Below, piece by piece: positions 9,487-18,934 of a stretch of 64,000 nt of DNA (positions are counted from its first letter, which is position 1; each line of letters opens with the position of its first letter). The stretch spans positions 256,001 to 320,000 of the forward strand of contig CAVUZH010000014.1 in assembly GCA_963745835.1 (NCBI GenBank). The letters run 5' to 3'. This stretch comes from an uncultured delta proteobacterium. Its GTDB lineage: Bacteria; Desulfobacterota; Binatia; UBA9968. The position numbers and the translations under genes were made by a program. The notes under the pieces are model-generated. The model searched no databases and was not told the DNA's origin. It saw nothing but the letters and a program-made list of their open reading frames with translations.

Positions 9487-10587
9487 TTAGATTGCATAGA
9501 GCGCGCGGGCGTTGTCGCTGAGGATTTTACGTTTCACGTTTTCCGGCAAATCGGTTCGTTGCCTAAAGAGCTTGATCGCATCGATGTCGCTCGATATATC
9601 CGTATGGCCGTAATCGGTACCAACCACCAAGCAGTCCTCTCCCGCCTCATTTACGATATAGGGCAAATCGTCGGAGTTCTCGCAGGTCACGAACATACGA
9701 TACTCGCGCGCGATGTTGTCCCGCCATTCGCGCCCTAAAGTCTTGAAGCGGTTCTTAGCTTCGTGCAACACCCAAGGCAGCCACTGCGAACTGGCTTCGA
9801 CAAAGCCCCATCTCAGCTTGGGGAACTGGTGTGGTATTTCGCTGAGCAGTACATCATTGAAAGCCGCCACTGTCGGTATTCTAAAACGATGCAAGGTGGC
9901 GGCAATCGGCACCGGATGGCGATAGAGATCATTGAGCCAGGCGCTGCCATTGGCAATGTGAACGGCGATAGCCATGTCGAGCTTTTGCGCTTCGTCATAG
10001 ACCGGGTAGAAATAGGGATCCGCCAGCAAGCGCGTGCCTTCCACCGGGCGCATCAGTACCGCGCACGCGCCGTTCTCCTTGGCAAAGCGAATCTGATCCA
10101 GCGCGTCGGTCATGCTCAGGGTCGGCGCCATACAGGACCAGCGCAGGCGACCTTTGCCCTGGCGCCAAATATCAGCCAGCCAGCGGTTCCAACTTTTGCA
10201 CAGCGCAACCTCTACCGGAACCCGTTCAGTCGCAGACTCAATGAACATCGTGTTGTGCAGCACCTGAATGTCCACGCCGCTCTGGTCCATATAATCTATG
10301 CGCAAGTCGACATTGCCCATTTCACGAGACTCTTGGACGTCCGCAAACTTGCGACCGACCTGATGAGAACGCCGTTCCAACTCTTCGGCAGAAAAAGCCG
10401 GGAAGCGAAATCCTCTCACTTTCCCGTCGATAAGCCAGAATTGCAGCTTGACGCCGGCATCTTCGCGGCTCTCCAAAGGTTGCGGTCGATACTGCCGGTC
10501 CGATGGATCAAGATAGTCCCAGGTATGATCCGACTCGACGACGTGAGCATCGGCATCGATGATCAGATCAGTCGCAGTGCTCGCCAT
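9487..10587 (-). CDS. Amidohydrolase-family protein (Amidohydro_2)
   Basis: IIDADAHVVE, IAVH, FPKLRWGFVEA, GTDYGH, ILSDNARALY. Start moved to ATG 10587 after GGAGG. Confidence 0.88.
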   Translation of the reverse strand: MASTATDLIIDADAHVVESDHTWDYLDPSDRQYRPQPLESREDAGVKLQFWLIDGKVRGFRFPAFSAEELERRSHQVGRKFADVQESREMGNVDLRIDYMDQSGVDIQVLHNTMFIESATERVPVEVALCKSWNRWLADIWRQGKGRLRWSCMAPTLSMTDALDQIRFAKENGACAVLMRPVEGTRLLADPYFYPVYDEAQKLDMAIAVHIANGSAWLNDLYRHPVPIAATLHRFRIPTVAAFNDVLLSEIPHQFPKLRWGFVEASSQWLPWVLHEAKNRFKTLGREWRDNIAREYRMFVTCENSDDLPYIVNEAGEDCLVVGTDYGHTDISSDIDAIKLFRQRTDLPENVKRKILSDNARALYAI

Positions 10588-10806
10588 GTTCGTTTCCTCC
10601 GCAGGTATATTCAATCTTCGAACATATGGGATGCTGCGCGGGCATGTCAACCCGTTCACCGCGCGATGAATAAACGTGGGACCAGCAGCCGATTTCCTCC
10701 GGCCGCTCGCGATGAACCGCCTTCGGTTTACTCCTCCATCTCGTTGGAATTGATTCCACTCCGACTTTGAACAGTAGAATCTTTTACCTCTATGGCTTGC
10801 CCGGCC

Positions 10807-10836
10807 TTGAACGTTGAACGTTTGAATCGGTGAACG
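10807..10836 (-). repeat. Degenerate GTTCAA tandem array in a 3' UTR
   Basis: Minus strand CGTTCAC-CGATTCAAA-CGTTCAA-CGTTCAA, 8 nt after the stop at 10845. Confidence 0.55.
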
Positions 10837-10844
10837 GGATTTAT

Positions 10845-11666
10845 TTATTTTGTCCGTGTCGCCTTCCAACTTCCCGACCCGCTCTTCCCTTCTATGACAT
10901 TCCCGTTGACCCGGCCGGTGTACTGATTGCCGCCGGCGGTGAAAACGATTTGATCGCCGATCATCTTGCCGTTACTGATCTGCGCAACGCTGTTGCCGGT
11001 CTTGATCGTGCCGGAAAGCATCTGAAAGGTTTGCTTCAAGCTCAGCTCTCCTTGCGGTAGTTGCCAGGCCCCTTCTACCTTGGCCGGGACAATCCATAGA
11101 AGGGCGGTGCACCAGTGATCGCACTCGCCTCCGACCGTGGCGCTTTCGTCCGCTTCCCACTCGGCCATCGTAAACGAGTTCGAGACGATGCGCGTTCCGG
11201 GCTTGAGATCGAGAATCTTTGGCCGGAGTTTCAAATTTATCTGCGGCAGAAGAAACATCGTGATCACCTGGGCTTCAGAGAAATCGCTTTCAAACAGGTC
11301 GGCTTTGACAAACGTCGCCTTGTCGCTCACGCCCGCTTTGGCGGCGTTGCTCTTCGACAGCTCGACCATGTCCGGATTGTATTCGATGCCGTGCGCGCGC
11401 AGGCCGCGCTTGGCCGCGGTGATCACGGTGCGCCCGTCACCCGAGCCCAGGTCAATCAGATAATCCTTGGGCGTCACTTTGGCCATGTCGAGCATCTTAT
11501 CGACTAATTCCTGAGGCGTCGGCACCCACACCACATCTTTACCCTGTTGGCCGACTCTGGGCTCGTAGCTTTGGCTTTTCGGCTGCGGCTGAGCACCGGC
11601 ACATGCGGCGAAAACCGAAACCCAAAGCGCCAAAAGCAACGGCCGAGACCTTCGAAAAATATTCAT
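10845..11666 (-). CDS. Class I SAM-dependent methyltransferase with export/lipoprotein-like signal and C-terminal beta domain (paralog 2)
   Basis: GKDVVWVPTP, IDLGSGDGR, GIEYNP, GTRIVSNSF; N-terminal RR plus hydrophobic stretch ending FAAC. Confidence 0.88.
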   Translation of the reverse strand: MNIFRRSRPLLLALWVSVFAACAGAQPQPKSQSYEPRVGQQGKDVVWVPTPQELVDKMLDMAKVTPKDYLIDLGSGDGRTVITAAKRGLRAHGIEYNPDMVELSKSNAAKAGVSDKATFVKADLFESDFSEAQVITMFLLPQINLKLRPKILDLKPGTRIVSNSFTMAEWEADESATVGGECDHWCTALLWIVPAKVEGAWQLPQGELSLKQTFQMLSGTIKTGNSVAQISNGKMIGDQIVFTAGGNQYTGRVNGNVIEGKSGSGSWKATRTK

Positions 11667-11709
11667 GATGATCTCCTGTGTTCAGTTCGATGAATCCAAA
11701 AGCATAAGT

Positions 11710-12534
11710 TTATTTACCGGCGCGGCTGGCTTTGAAACTGCCGCCGGACTTCGAGTTTCCCTCGATGGTGTTACCGCTGATCCGGCCCTGATATTCCGTG
11801 CCGCCAGCCGAGAATCTGATCTGATCGCCGGTGATCTTGCCGTTTAGCGGTAGAACTTTGTTGCCGATCTTTAAGGTGCCCGAGACCATCTGGAACGTTT
11901 GTTTCAAAGTGAGCTCTCCCTGCGACAGCTGCCAGGTACCGTCCACTTTGGCGGGAACGATCCAGAGATATGCCGTGCAATAGGAGGCGCAGTCATTTTT
12001 GACGTTGGCAGTTTCATCCGCCTGCCATTCGCCCATGGTAAACGAATTCGAAACCACTCGAGTGCCTGATTTAAGATTGAGCAGCTTGGGACGCAACTTT
12101 AAATTGATGTCCGGCAGCAAAAACATCGTGATGACCTGCGCCTGGGAGAGATCGGCTTCGAACAAATCCGCTTTCATGAAGGCGGATTTGTCGCTAACAC
12201 CTTCCTTCGCCGCATTGCGTTTGGACAGCTCCACCATATCGGGATTGTATTCAATGCCGAGCGCTTTGGCGCCGCGCTTCGCCGCGGTGATGACGGTGCG
12301 GCCATCGCCCGAGCCAAGATCGATCACATAATCCTGCGGCGTCACCTTGGCCATGTCGAGCATCTTTTCCACCAGCTCCTGCGGCGTCGGCACCCAGATC
12401 ACGTCTTTACCCTCCTGGCCGACTTCGGGTTTGAATTCCTGCTTGGCCGGCTGCGCCTGAGCGGCGGCGCCGGCGCTCAGCGCCGCCAGAAACAGCGCGA
12501 AAAAAACTCGACGCCAGACACGCGATGCGTTCAT
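11710..12534 (-). CDS. Class I SAM-dependent methyltransferase with signal peptide (paralog 3, tandem duplicate of paralog 2)
   Basis: GKDVIWVPTP, IDLGSGDGR; colinear with 10845-11666. Start moved to ATG 12534 after AGGAG. Confidence 0.88.
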   Translation of the reverse strand: MNASRVWRRVFFALFLAALSAGAAAQAQPAKQEFKPEVGQEGKDVIWVPTPQELVEKMLDMAKVTPQDYVIDLGSGDGRTVITAAKRGAKALGIEYNPDMVELSKRNAAKEGVSDKSAFMKADLFEADLSQAQVITMFLLPDINLKLRPKLLNLKSGTRVVSNSFTMGEWQADETANVKNDCASYCTAYLWIVPAKVDGTWQLSQGELTLKQTFQMVSGTLKIGNKVLPLNGKITGDQIRFSAGGTEYQGRISGNTIEGNSKSGGSFKASRAGK

Positions 12535-12749
12535 GTGGATCTCCTGTTTTGTTTGGTAAAATTCCAAATCTGGAGAGTCGCACGCGAACGGGAAAATGTC
12601 CAGTTTGCCGCTGATTCACTTTAAGCAATGCCGTGCGGTGGACAATGATTCCTATTTGCTTCCACCATTCTTTCGATATAGAAAAATTGCTGCGAACCAG
12701 CAGCCGGTTCATCGAACCAAATCACCCAGCCACTTAGGAGGACATTCAC

Positions 12750-13904
12750 ATGCGGCAACGATCCGACTATCCGACATTTTCCGATCAGGAGGTCGCCAGC
12801 AGACATCAATCGGTTTACCGGCTCATGGAACAGGAGAACGTCGATGCGCTTCTCGTCTACGGCAGCGGGCGCTACGCCTCGGACGTCTATTGGTTAAGCG
12901 ATTGGCCGAGCAGCCGCGAAGCCTATGTGCTTTTTCAAATCGGCAAAGAGCCGGTGATCCTGATGCAGCTGTTCAACCATTTTCCAATGGCCAAAGTGAT
13001 GTCTGTGATTAAAGACGTGCGCTGGGCCGGAGCGAACACCACCATCAGCGTCCTCGAACTCATCCGTGAGCGCGGCTTGGAGTCCAAGAGGATCGGTCTC
13101 GTCGGTTCGATTCCATTTCAAGTCTATGTGAAGATCGCGGAGCAATTTCGCGGCGCCGCCTTTAGCGATCTCAGCGGCAAATTGCGGATGATGCGCACCA
13201 TCAGGAGCGCGGAGGAAATCGAGCGTATCCGCTTTGCTTCCAAGCTAACCGATGAATCGATTGAGGCATTGTCCACTGACCTCAAAGCCGGAATGCGCGA
13301 GGACGAGATTGCCGCGCTGATCGAGCCAGCTTACCTCAAGAGAGGCGGTTACGCCGGTATTCACTTTATGAGCAGCATGCCGATGCGCGATCCGGATTTC
13401 CCGGTACCGGCGCAGTTCCAGTCCAGTCGCAAGCTGCAAAAAGGTGATTGCCTGATTACCGAAATCAGCGGCGCCTATTCAGGCTACAGCGGGCAGATTC
13501 ACCGGACGTTTTCCATCGGCGAGGGGCCCACCCCGGAATGGCAGAAGATGCACGCCGCGGCCGTCGAAGCCTTCCAAGTTCTTGCCGGGGTGATTAAGGA
13601 CGGCGCCACCACCACCGAAGCCGAAGAAGCCGCGGAGATCATTCACCGGCGCGGTTACAGCACTTATGACGATCTGGTCCACGGCGTTAACCAGTATCCG
13701 CCGATCTTTCAAACCAAAACCAGAAAGCGACATGATTCGAAGGAAATGGTTTTTCGCGAAAATATGGTAATCGTCATCCAACCCAACCTCATCACCGAAG
13801 ATGAAAAGATGGGACTGCAATTCGGCGAAACCTTGGTGGTCACGAAAAAAAGCTGCGAGACTTTGAATGCCTATCCGCGAGAATGGGTTACCTGTCTGGG
13901 GTAA
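12750..13904 (+). CDS. M24 / creatinase-like 'pita-bread' fold protein
   Basis: Creatinase_N-like start (NVDALLVYG), RTIRSAEEIERIR, GDCLITEISG.YSGYSGQIHRTF, FRENMVIVIQP. Confidence 0.8.
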   Translation: MRQRSDYPTFSDQEVASRHQSVYRLMEQENVDALLVYGSGRYASDVYWLSDWPSSREAYVLFQIGKEPVILMQLFNHFPMAKVMSVIKDVRWAGANTTISVLELIRERGLESKRIGLVGSIPFQVYVKIAEQFRGAAFSDLSGKLRMMRTIRSAEEIERIRFASKLTDESIEALSTDLKAGMREDEIAALIEPAYLKRGGYAGIHFMSSMPMRDPDFPVPAQFQSSRKLQKGDCLITEISGAYSGYSGQIHRTFSIGEGPTPEWQKMHAAAVEAFQVLAGVIKDGATTTEAEEAAEIIHRRGYSTYDDLVHGVNQYPPIFQTKTRKRHDSKEMVFRENMVIVIQPNLITEDEKMGLQFGETLVVTKKSCETLNAYPREWVTCLG

Positions 13905-13924
13905 CACGAAACGTACAGAGGAGG

Positions 13925-14803
13925 TTACGGCACCAGGGATATCGCGATCGTTCCGCCGACGACAGATAACGCGCCAGCGATGGTGCGCAAGCTTAAGCCT
14001 TCGATGCCGCGCAGGAACAGCCAGGTGCCCAATAAAATCCACAAGGGACTCGTGGCGACGATCGGCGAGACGATGACCACCGCGCCGGCGCTCAGAGCGG
14101 CAATTACCAAGACGATTCCCAAAGTTTCAAACACACCGGCGAACAAAAACGCGCCCATCGACTGCCGGTTCCAGACCGGTTGCTCTGCTCCTTGCCTGGG
14201 CAAAACGACATAGCTAGCAAGCCACGGGAGCGCGACGACACCGATTACCGCGGCGAGATACAGGGGTTCATTGGCCAGACCCAGTGCATAACGACGCAGC
14301 GGATGGCTGATCCCTGCCAGAAAAGCAGCGCCGAGCGGATAACCGATATGCCGCCAGCGAAAGGTTGTGCGTTGCGCTTCGGTTTGCCATGAGATCAATG
14401 TAATCCCACCGACGATCAGGACCGTGCCGGCGATCACCGGCACAGTCGCCTGTTCGCCAAGAAAGATGATAGCCAACGATGTGCTGAACAGTGGATGCGC
14501 GCCGCGCAAGGTCGTGCCGCGCGAGGCGCCGATGTAATGGATACCGGCGTAGGTGAACAGCCGAATGATCGGCTGAAGCGTCCCGGTAAGAGCAAACAGG
14601 AACAACACCCACCACGATACCGCGGGAATACCGCCGGTCAGCAACACGGCGGCCGACAGTGTCACTGCATGAATCGTGACCGAGACCAGGGTGACCGTGA
14701 TCGGCGTCGAGTAACGCAAGCCGCGCTTGGCGGCTATTCCCGAAGCGGCGTAAGAAAGGGATGCCGCCAGGGCGATAAGTTGAGCTGGAATGTCGAACCA
14801 CAT
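13925..14803 (-). CDS. DMT/EamA-family transporter
   Basis: About 10 TM helices in two EamA repeats (IGASRGTT, PLF...FLGE; VVIVSPI). Start moved to ATG 14803. Confidence 0.85.
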   Translation of the reverse strand: MWFDIPAQLIALAASLSYAASGIAAKRGLRYSTPITVTLVSVTIHAVTLSAAVLLTGGIPAVSWWVLFLFALTGTLQPIIRLFTYAGIHYIGASRGTTLRGAHPLFSTSLAIIFLGEQATVPVIAGTVLIVGGITLISWQTEAQRTTFRWRHIGYPLGAAFLAGISHPLRRYALGLANEPLYLAAVIGVVALPWLASYVVLPRQGAEQPVWNRQSMGAFLFAGVFETLGIVLVIAALSAGAVVIVSPIVATSPLWILLGTWLFLRGIEGLSLRTIAGALSVVGGTIAISLVP

Positions 14804-14841
14804 TGAGCTGCGCGGAGCTGCGAGAGTGGCAAAGGCGAAGA

Positions 14842-15849
14842 TTACTTTTCCATTTCGCGGCGAATCGCATCGGCAAATTGACTGGTGCTGGCGGATCCGC
14901 CGAGATCCCGGGTCAGACACTCGCCTCGGGCTAGCACGGCGTGCAGCGCCATCCGCAGGCGGGCAGCAGCCTTCGGTTCCGAAATGTAGTCGAGCATCAT
15001 GGTGGCGGCCAATACGATCGCCGTCGGATTGGCGATGTTTTTTCCTTTGATATCCGGCGCGCTGCCGTGAACACTTTCAAAGAGCGCATGGGTATCGCCG
15101 AGATTGGCGCCGGGAACTACTCCCAGCCCGCCGACCAACCCAGCCGCCAGATCCGAGACGATGTCGCCGTAAAGATTCTCCAGCAATAGGACATCGAGAC
15201 GGGTCGGATCCAAAACCAGTTGCAGGCAGGCGTTATCGACGATTAGATCGCTAAAACCGATCTTTTTGTATTTTTGTGACATATCTCTGGCGCATTGTAA
15301 GAATAGGCCGTCGGTGAGCTTCATGATGTTGGCCTTGTGCACCGCGGCGATTTTTTTTCGGCCGTTGGCGACGGCATAATCAAAAGCAAACTTGGCGATA
15401 CGCGTAGAAGCCTTTTCGGTGATGATTTTCAGACTCTCCATCACCCCGGGCACCACTTCGTGCTCGATACCCGAATAGAGCCCCTCGGTATTCTCGCGAA
15501 CAACGATCAAATCGACATTTTCATAGCGGGCTTTGACACCGGGAAGATTTTTAATCGGCCTGAGATTGGCGTAGAGATCAAAACTCTGGCGCAGTTCGAC
15601 ATTGACGCTGGCAAAGCCTTCGCCGACCGGTGTTGTCACCGGTCCTTTGAGAGCGACTCTGTTTTTGGCAAACGAGTCCATCATCTGCTTCGGCAACGTG
15701 GTTCGGTGTTTTTTCAATGCGTCGGCGCCGGCCAGGTGGCTGTCCCATTCGATGTTAACTCCCGCGGCTTCAATCAGTTTTAAAGTGGGTTTCATTACTT
15801 CGGGGCCGATTCCGTCGCCCGGTATCAACGTGATCCTGTGTCTTTTCAC
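14842..15849 (-). CDS. Isocitrate/isopropylmalate dehydrogenase family, most like NAD-dependent IDH
   Basis: PGDGIGPEV, ALKGPVTTP, VRENTEGLY, VHKANIMKLTDGLF, NLYGDIVSD, FESVHGSAPDIKGKNIANPT. Confidence 0.88.
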   Translation of the reverse strand: MKRHRITLIPGDGIGPEVMKPTLKLIEAAGVNIEWDSHLAGADALKKHRTTLPKQMMDSFAKNRVALKGPVTTPVGEGFASVNVELRQSFDLYANLRPIKNLPGVKARYENVDLIVVRENTEGLYSGIEHEVVPGVMESLKIITEKASTRIAKFAFDYAVANGRKKIAAVHKANIMKLTDGLFLQCARDMSQKYKKIGFSDLIVDNACLQLVLDPTRLDVLLLENLYGDIVSDLAAGLVGGLGVVPGANLGDTHALFESVHGSAPDIKGKNIANPTAIVLAATMMLDYISEPKAAARLRMALHAVLARGECLTRDLGGSASTSQFADAIRREMEK

Positions 15850-15951
15850 TCGCAGTCCTTCCGTGTCATGAATGCTGCAGGCGGTAATCCTTTAATTTAT
15901 ACACGATCCGCCCGCCAAATAGCAGCGCATCGTTCTCACATGATGCAGACG

Positions 15952-15981
15952 TTGACATTATCGTTCACCGTCAGCTAGCGT
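15952..15981 (+). promoter_or_regulatory. sigma70-like promoter with an overlapping TGACA-N11-YGTCA dyad (MFS paralog 1)
   Basis: TTGACA-N18-TAGCGT; same layout as 20458-20487. Confidence 0.5.
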
Positions 15982-16106
15982 GAAGTTGATCCAAAAGAGC
16001 ACAAAAACCAAACGATCCTTGCGCAGTTAACCGCTCCAGGGCGCGCGTCAGTTCCAAGCAACCGCGTCGTGAAGATGACTGTCGTCGGGCCGGACCATCA
16101 CACGAT

Positions 16107-17408
16107 ATGTTTGACAAAATCACGGCTCGATCCAAGGGATTTTTTTACGGCTGGTGGATGGTGGCCGTGGGTTGCGGCATGCGCATGCTCGGCGGCGGCT
16201 TTCATCTCTACGGCTTTACGATTTTTTTCTTGCCGATCACCCAAGAGTTGGGCTTGACTCGAGCGGCGACTTCCCTGGTCTTCTCGTTAGCCCGGGCTGA
16301 AGGCGCCATCGAAGGGCCGTTGGCGGGTTACTTAATCGATCGCTTCGGGCCGCGCCCGATGATGCTGGCGGGGGTGATCTTGTCAGGCGTAGGTTACATG
16401 CTGCTCGCCGGAGTCGAAACCTATTATGGCTTGATCGCGATCTATCTGGGCGTGATCTCATTATCCTTCTCGGCCGGCTTCATGCATTCTCCCATGGTCC
16501 TCGCCAATAGCTGGTTCATCCGGCGCAGGGCCTTGGCGATGACCTTGATCAGCAGCTCCATCGGTATCGGCGGTACTCTGATCACACCACTGCTGGCCTT
16601 CAGCGTCCAGACCTGGGGTTGGCGTTATGGAGCTTTTTTGTCCGGCCTCGGATTGATCCTGATCGGCGTGCCTGTGGCGCTCCTGGTCAAACGTTCACCC
16701 GAAAGCATGGGCTTGGCGCCCGACGGTGCCGCGCCGGAAGAGAAAGACGCGACGGCGGTCAAAACCACACGTAAAGCTAACCGGCACGTTAATGAGGATG
16801 AAATTGAGTTCACTCTTCGGCAAGCGATGCGCACCGCCGCCTTCTGGATCATGATCCTGGCCACCACCACGCGAGTTGGCGTGTTCAATGCGATTACGGT
16901 TCACTTCGTGCCGATCATGGTCTGGAAAGGCGCGAGCGAGCAGCGCGCCGCGGCGCTGCTGGCGACGATGGCGCTGATGAGTTTACCATCGCATTTGCTG
17001 GTCGGCTGGATTGCGGATCATGTCAGCAAACCACGGCTGATGGCGGCTTGCATGGGCGTGGGCGCGCTGTCGATTGCCTTCTTGGCCTATGGCGAAGGAG
17101 AATGGTCACTCTGGATGTTCGTTCTACTCTTTACGATCATGGAAGCAATCTTTCCGGTCGGCTGGGCAACCGTAGGCGATTTTTTTGGCCGAAAATCTTT
17201 CGCGACGATCCGCGGCACGATGAGTTTTTTCTACTTATGGGGACCTGCGCTGGGGCCTGTCATCACCGGCGCGATCTATGATCGATATCAAAGTTATGCG
17301 CCGATGATGTCGGTGTATATCGCGCTGTCGGTGATCGCGGGCTGCCTCTATGCAATGATGGCCCCGCCGAAGCGCGCTAACCTGTCGGCTGCTGAATCAG
17401 CCTCATAG
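16107..17408 (+). CDS. MFS transporter (paralog A1)
   Basis: FFYGWWMV, GYLIDRFGPR, GWIADHVSK, GDFFGRKSFATIRG; about 12 TM helices. Confidence 0.9.
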   Translation: MFDKITARSKGFFYGWWMVAVGCGMRMLGGGFHLYGFTIFFLPITQELGLTRAATSLVFSLARAEGAIEGPLAGYLIDRFGPRPMMLAGVILSGVGYMLLAGVETYYGLIAIYLGVISLSFSAGFMHSPMVLANSWFIRRRALAMTLISSSIGIGGTLITPLLAFSVQTWGWRYGAFLSGLGLILIGVPVALLVKRSPESMGLAPDGAAPEEKDATAVKTTRKANRHVNEDEIEFTLRQAMRTAAFWIMILATTTRVGVFNAITVHFVPIMVWKGASEQRAAALLATMALMSLPSHLLVGWIADHVSKPRLMAACMGVGALSIAFLAYGEGEWSLWMFVLLFTIMEAIFPVGWATVGDFFGRKSFATIRGTMSFFYLWGPALGPVITGAIYDRYQSYAPMMSVYIALSVIAGCLYAMMAPPKRANLSAAESAS

Positions 17409-17469
17409 GTTTCGCTGCACTCGTTCGGATCGCTTCAACGTACTGAAGCGTACGCCTTATATTACTGTA

Positions 17470-17650
17470 GTCATACTCGATGATAGATATTGCATTGTCG
17501 TCCAAGAAGCTTGCTGGTTAGAGGACCTTACGTACGCGATTCCGTTAGAGGATCTAGCTGAGACTGTCCCGACCAGCAAAAGAACGGAGTCAAAAGTTCT
17601 ATGGAAAGTTGTCCCGTCGAGGACCGATATAAGGCTAACGTTCCGTTCAC
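17470..17650 (+). ncRNA. IS110 bridge RNA (5' stem-loop, target-binding loop, donor-binding loop); ends approximate
   Basis: Guides CGTACGC (17531-37) and AGCTGAG (17556-62) match the target. ATGGAAAGT (17601-09) and ATATAAG (17627-33) match the donor junction. Each pair lies in an internal loop closed by stems. Confidence 0.88.
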
Positions 17651-17690
17651 AGCTATTGGAGTAAAGTAAGCAAAGAAGGAGGACAACAAA

Positions 17691-18917
17691 GTGCCACGAT
17701 ATTATCTGGGAGTAGATTGGGCAGACCGAGTACACCAGCTCTACGGTGGCGACGAGAACGGGATAAAGGTAATGGAGATGAAAGTCCAAGAGAACCCTGA
17801 AGGGCTGGCGGAGTTGGCGCATTGGCTCAATCAGAGCAGAGCTGAGCAGGTGGAGCTGTGGGCGGCGATCGAGAAGCCGCACGGGCGCATTGTGGATTTT
17901 CTTTTGGATCATGGGGTAGTGGTTTATCCGGTCAATCCCAAGGTCTTGGATCGTGCTCGGGACCGGTTTCGCATGAGTCAATCCAAGAGCGACCCCTTTG
18001 ACGCTTGGGTACTGTCGGATTTTCTTCGGACCGACCACGGTCACCTCAGGCCCCTTCGGCCAAGCTCTGAGCAGGCCCAGGAGCTTAAGCTGCTTACCCG
18101 GGATCAGCAAAGAATGGTGCGTCACAAAACGCGTTTGCTCAATCAGCTCAAGTTCACTCTCAAGGAGTACTATCCTCGACCGGTGGAGGTTTTTGGGGAT
18201 CTGGAGGCTCGTATAGCAGTAGACTTTCTCAAGCAGTATTCGACGCCAACGGCGCTCTCGAAGCTTAGCCGTAAGCAGTGGAGCCGATTTGCCCAGCAGC
18301 ATCCTCATCTTGGTAAAGCACGCAGTGCCAAGCTGTGGGAGGAGCTGAAAAAGCCGCAACTTGTGGTTCCCGATCACGTCGTCAGAGCCAAGGCGCAGTT
18401 GCTCGAAGTGCTGCTCGATCAGCTTGAGGCTTCGCTGCGAAGCATAGAGAAGTACAGCGACAAGGTCGAACGTTTTTTCGCCTCTACACCGGCCGCTAGG
18501 CTTGTGGAGAAGCTGCCGGGAGGGAAAAGCGGAACGTTGCTGCCGGCCCTTTGGGCCGAGCTGGGAGATGCCCCAGCTCGATGGGAATCCTTTAAGCACC
18601 TTCAGGCCGAAGCGGGAGCAGTCCCGGTGACCAAATCGAGTGGCAAGAGTCGCATTGTTGAGTTTCGGTTTTCTTGTAACAAACAATTGCGCTACGCCGT
18701 CTACTGGTTTGCTTTTATCTCGATAAACCGCAGCCAGTGGGCCAAGGCCTTTTATCGAGACCAACGGGCCAGAGGACACAGCCATCCCCAAGCACTTCGG
18801 GCTTTGGGAGCGAAGTGGTTGAAAATTATTTTTGTGCTGTGGAGAGATCATAAACCTTATGACGAAACCCATCACTTGGCCAACATTGCACGACAGAAAA
18901 TGCGCCAGGCAGCGTGA
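17691..18917 (+). CDS. IS110-family DEDD recombinase/transposase
   Basis: D9 (LGVDWA), E61 (IEKP), D101/D104 (KSDPFDA); C-terminal AGAVPVTKSSGKS catalytic-Ser motif; GTG start after AGGAGG. Confidence 0.95.
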   Translation: MPRYYLGVDWADRVHQLYGGDENGIKVMEMKVQENPEGLAELAHWLNQSRAEQVELWAAIEKPHGRIVDFLLDHGVVVYPVNPKVLDRARDRFRMSQSKSDPFDAWVLSDFLRTDHGHLRPLRPSSEQAQELKLLTRDQQRMVRHKTRLLNQLKFTLKEYYPRPVEVFGDLEARIAVDFLKQYSTPTALSKLSRKQWSRFAQQHPHLGKARSAKLWEELKKPQLVVPDHVVRAKAQLLEVLLDQLEASLRSIEKYSDKVERFFASTPAARLVEKLPGGKSGTLLPALWAELGDAPARWESFKHLQAEAGAVPVTKSSGKSRIVEFRFSCNKQLRYAVYWFAFISINRSQWAKAFYRDQRARGHSHPQALRALGAKWLKIIFVLWRDHKPYDETHHLANIARQKMRQAA

Positions 18918-18934
18918 AATAAAATCGATGGGGC

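Noticed and set aside
9763-10770. 335-aa plus-strand ORF (likewise 32043-32951 and many shorter ones)
   Set aside because: Antisense shadows of well-supported genes in GC-rich DNA.
17457-18875. 472-aa antisense ORF spanning the IS110
   Set aside because: It lies wholly opposite the recombinase and bridge RNA and has no motifs; most likely a shadow ORF.
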